NCBI RefSeq assembly: GCF_018977255.1
Contig: NW_024704742.1
Location: 42,410,001 to 42,474,000 of the forward strand
Direction: 5' to 3'
DNA from: Callorhinchus milii
Lineage: Eukaryota
DNA: 64,000 nt
Part shown: positions 60,403 through 64,000 of the stretch, piece by piece
Layout of the letters: every line of letters starts with the position of its first letter
Position numbering within the stretch: the stretch's first letter is position 1
The notes under the pieces: model-generated
The model's input: the letters and a program-made list of their open reading frames with translations, nothing else
Databases searched by the model: none
What the model was told of the DNA's origin: nothing
Made by a program: the position numbers and the translations under genes

Positions 60403-60617
60403 GTCATTGGGATTTTTAAGGTCCACCTGACTATGCAGACAGTGGACCTCGATTTAACATCTCATCCGAAGGACGACACCTCTGACAATTCAACACATCC
60501 ATAGCATGTGCATTGGAGTGTCATCTTAGATTATGTAATTCCAAGTCGTGACGTGGGGCTTGAACCCACAACCTTCTGACTTAGAAGCAAGAGTGCTACC
60601 ATGGTGACAGGCTGACA
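60403..60617 (-). mobile_element. DeuSINE 5' half abutting the L2 5' end
   Basis: GGTCCACCTGA...CCTCGATTTAACATCTCATCCGAAGGACGACACCTCTGACA...GGGCTTGAACCCACAACCTTCTGACT...GAGTGCTACC. Confidence 0.85.
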
Positions 60618-61938
60618 CACACACAGGCTGACAAAGAAAGCGAGACTCATAAGTGAAAAAAAAATCCCTCATTCCTTTTCTCTTTTGTTAAAAAAAAGGT
60701 ACAAAGTTAACAAAGGTCACAAAACACAACATTTTTGAAAATGATTAACTTTTTCGCCAAAAGGCAATTTGGAACTAAGATTTAGAATCAGTACATTCAT
60801 ATCAAACAGAAAGGATGTTCTGGGCCAACAATAAGAATTAGACTTTAATCCGACATTAAAATTCTGTTGACTTTAGAAGGATTATAGATGTTTGACAAAG
60901 GGTTTCACAGCAAATTCATTACTCACCAGCACTTTATTTTAATTTGCAAATATATTTTGTCCCATTATCTAAGCTCTTGTTTCAGTTATATCTCAGTATC
61001 CTGTGAAGCTTGGAGGTGCTATTTGGCTTTATTAACAATTATCCAATTACTTGGGAGATGTAAACCATAAGGAGAGCACTGAGGCAGATAACTGTCTAGT
61101 ATTAGTATTTCTGTTTTAAAAACGGCAATCTAACAAACAAAATCAATATTGGAGGAAGTGGTTGAGTATTATTTTTAATCAGAGTTAATTAGAGTTAATT
61201 AGAGCTCATGGACATGGAAAAAAAAAGGTTAACTAGTTAATAACATGGGGCCAGGTCTAAAACACAGTGGATATTCAAAATAATTTTAAATGTGAAAGAC
61301 TAGATTGAAGACTGATCTAGTCACTGGGAGAATCAATCTTCATTATTAGATGTTACTATGTACTAACAACATTACTGTTATTAAGTTTGCTTAAATTTCC
61401 AGTGTAAACTTTGGGAATGCTGAGTTGAGATTTAGAAAGTTATCTCCTAATGCAGATACATGACATTCTCCTCAGCTTGAGGATGAGTTTAGATTATACT
61501 GAGATTATAGATATTGCAGCTGTATTGATACTAACACTATTCAATGCATTCATTCCATGCTGACAGCAACATTTTGATGCCTTTCCTGGTTCAGGAGACC
61601 AATATCTTATATTTTCATACTTTAACAACGACAAACAAAATGAAATGCAGATCAATGTCTAATTCATTGCCTGAGCCTGATCTGATGTTGTGTTATTAAT
61701 AGAATTTATGAATATATAAATTATTTTGATTATGTTAACAACAATGCAAAACAAAATACCTTCTCTATTGTATAAAGAAGATTAATTTAAATCCATATTA
61801 AGATTTGATTTGTCTTATCAATTCTTCTCCTCCAATTTCCTCTCCTTCCTGTTTTTTTTCAAAGCAGTTGAGTCCTTTTCTTTCTTTATTTGGATATTTT
61901 TCCAATAGACCCTGTTTAGAGACAATCTATAGACAATC

Positions 61939-62386
61939 TATACATGCTCCCGCTTGGCAATGTCATCCACAGGCATGGGGTTAATTTCCACATGTATGCG
62001 GATGACACCAAACTCTATCTCTCTGTCTCCACCCTCGACCCTCAGCAATCCCTCAAACCCCACATTTATGCCATGACCTTTTCCTGCTTCATGTTACCTG
62101 CACTTCCCGACCCACCATTCACAGTCGGACATTCAGCACTCCGCTCTCGCACTCTGGAACTCTATCCCGCAATCCCTCCACCTCACACCCTCTCTTGCCT
62201 ACCTTCAAGTCCCAACTGAAGACTTTCCTCTTCAACTGTGCCTTTGGCCACCTTCCCACCCCCACCGCCCTCCTTTCCCTTCTGACCCCAATTCCCAGCT
62301 TGGGTCCAAAACCCCTGATTGTCTAGCACCCTGGGATTTTTCCGATGTGAAAGGCACTATACAAGTGTAATTTATTGTTTTGGTTG
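61939..62386 (+). mobile_element. L2 fragment with large internal deletions
   Basis: [25 protein letters not shown], followed shortly by the 3' end and stem-loop. Confidence 0.88.
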
Positions 62387-62759
62387 TAGTGCCTTTCAAA
62401 CATAAAGGGCATCTCAAAAGTGCTTCACAAAATGTTATTGTAAAGTGGAGTGACTAGTATTTTTGTGAGCAGTACTCCCCCACCCGCAACTCAGGAGCAC
62501 TAAATCCAACACTGGGCTAATTACTCCAATCCCAACATCCTCCTCTTTGTCTGTGGCTTTCTAATTTGTTCCTCTTCAAATGTTTATCAAATTTCCTTGT
62601 AAATGCTTTTACGTGTCAGTAGCCACTTGTGACAAATCAATTCTTTTTCTATGTGCAAAGGTTTCTTCTAACCTCCTCCCTTGTCTCTTCAGAACAGCAA
62701 ATCCTGTGCTGCAGTGTGAATGCTTCCATTTTCCAAATTCAATCCATCCTTGTGACCTT

Positions 62760-62960
62760 GGAGAGATGCTATTAATCAAGCATCAATTTGTGCTTAGTAA
62801 TGAGAAGTCAGGTTGCCCTGTTGACTCTGCTAATGTGGAACTAGGTTGAGGCCAGCCAAAGTGGCAGATGGGAAAGTGGAAACTTTCATCCCATCTGTCT
62901 GGAATGGATTCAAACACAAAGGTTGTCAGGCAGTGTACCAATTCACTGCACTATTTTCCA
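62760..62960 (-). mobile_element. LF-SINE-like remnant (5' half)
   Basis: Reverse complement GTGCAGTGAATTGGTACACTGCC...GTTTGAATCC...GATGGGATGAAAGT...GGCCTCAACCTAGTTCC resembles the LF-SINE head and GTCTCAGTCCAGTTCC block as I recall them. Confidence 0.45.
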
Positions 62961-63904
62961 TTCTGCAGAATATCTTTTTAAAATTATTTATAGGATAAAA
63001 ATGCACATGTGTTGTATTCCTATGGGATATATTCAGCAGTACAAACTACCAAGGTCACTCCCAAGCTGTCTATAACTGTACACTGCCCCTCACACCTTTG
63101 TCACATGTACGGTGTGTTGAATGGCCAATGTATGGTGTTCCAAAAATGGGCTGAGGAATGTCATATCTTATATGACACTAATATGATGCTGATCACATCT
63201 TGGTGATACATTAGGATATTCCACTTCTAAAGACGTTCCAGCCAATAACTGCTTGCAGGTTGCTGCAGTAAATGAGGCAGCAGGTGGTGCCTTTGCTCTT
63301 GCCACCGTGCATTTCAGTATTGGTTTGGAGAATACCGGCTTAACTCTGTTTTTCAAAGAACTTGCTACATCTATGTAATGGAAAATAAGTTCATCATATC
63401 GCATGTAAATCCACAATGAAAGGATTGATATTCGTGGCGATTGGCATATAATAGATCCCCCCTCCCCTGACACACACACACACAGACTGTGGGATGCATT
63501 GGTTTTGTTCAGGAAGTTTTAATGGCAAAAAGAAACAATCAGAGAATTGCAGGTAAAAACTTTCAAATGTAAGACAAACCCAAGTGCCAATGTGCCCACA
63601 TAAGCCACCCTAATTTCACTCTAAAGGTCATGTCTTAGCTGATAATTGCTGAATATAGAGGGAACCAAGGGTAAAAGCCATCTTCATTGTTGTCAGCTCA
63701 AAGCTGATGCAACCATTAATAAAAATAAGCCACCTAAAAAGAAATCAATTCTGGACTGTTTCTTTACTTGAAATACTGCTTAGCCTTTGCTGGTGATTCC
63801 ATTAACACTCTGAAACAGTGTGAATCTCATTAACTTCTTTGAACTAAACGTGTGATCTTTTTTCTGCATGAACTTGAGGTGCCTGTAGCATTTTAGGTAT
63901 CATA

Positions 63905-64000
63905 TCATAATCCTTGCATTTGATATAGTAGTTTATCACCATGTTGAGATGTCTCAAAGAGCTTCACAGGATTCGCTGTAAAGTGTAGTGACTATAGTTG
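63905..64000 (-). mobile_element. SINE 3' end (continues beyond the window)
   Basis: ATAATCCTTGCATTTGATATAG...GAGATGTCTCAAAGAGCTTCACAGG...GTAAAGTGTAGTGACT. Confidence 0.8.

Noticed and set aside
63168..63479. Possible extra KCNIP4 cassette exon (TTTTCCATTACATAG acceptor, open frame DVASSLKNRVK...)
   Set aside because: No resemblance to any KCNIP exon I know and no convincing phase-compatible donor.

Overview
Vertebrate, repeat-rich intronic DNA. The L2/CR1/DeuSINE/LF-SINE-like repertoire suggests a cartilaginous fish, possibly a holocephalan such as the elephant shark; this is inferred, not verified. The only host coding sequence I can support is a 112-nt minus-strand exon at 48-159, which the ORF track missed. 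It encodes MLNAEWESEGLQTVGIVMIICASIKLLHFLGLIDFSE followed by a G|GTAAG donor, and I recognise it as the alternative first exon of KCNIP4 for the transmembrane KChIP4e-type N-terminus. The rest of the window is therefore upstream/intronic KCNIP4 sequence. It holds many L2 LINE fragments, including a near-complete, probably single-ORF 3.2-kb copy at 57153-~60390. It also holds CR1 fragments, old DeuSINEs, a younger chimeric tRNA-Ala SINE in two subfamilies, LF-SINE-like remnants, several foldback MITE-like elements, a 17-nt minisatellite, and an unclassified ~1-kb dispersed repeat with at least 7 copies and an apparent tRNA-like head. Several repeat-free blocks are candidate conserved regulatory elements, one with a strong CTCF motif. 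None of the listed ORFs is a real host gene. Repeat boundaries are approximate and read by eye.
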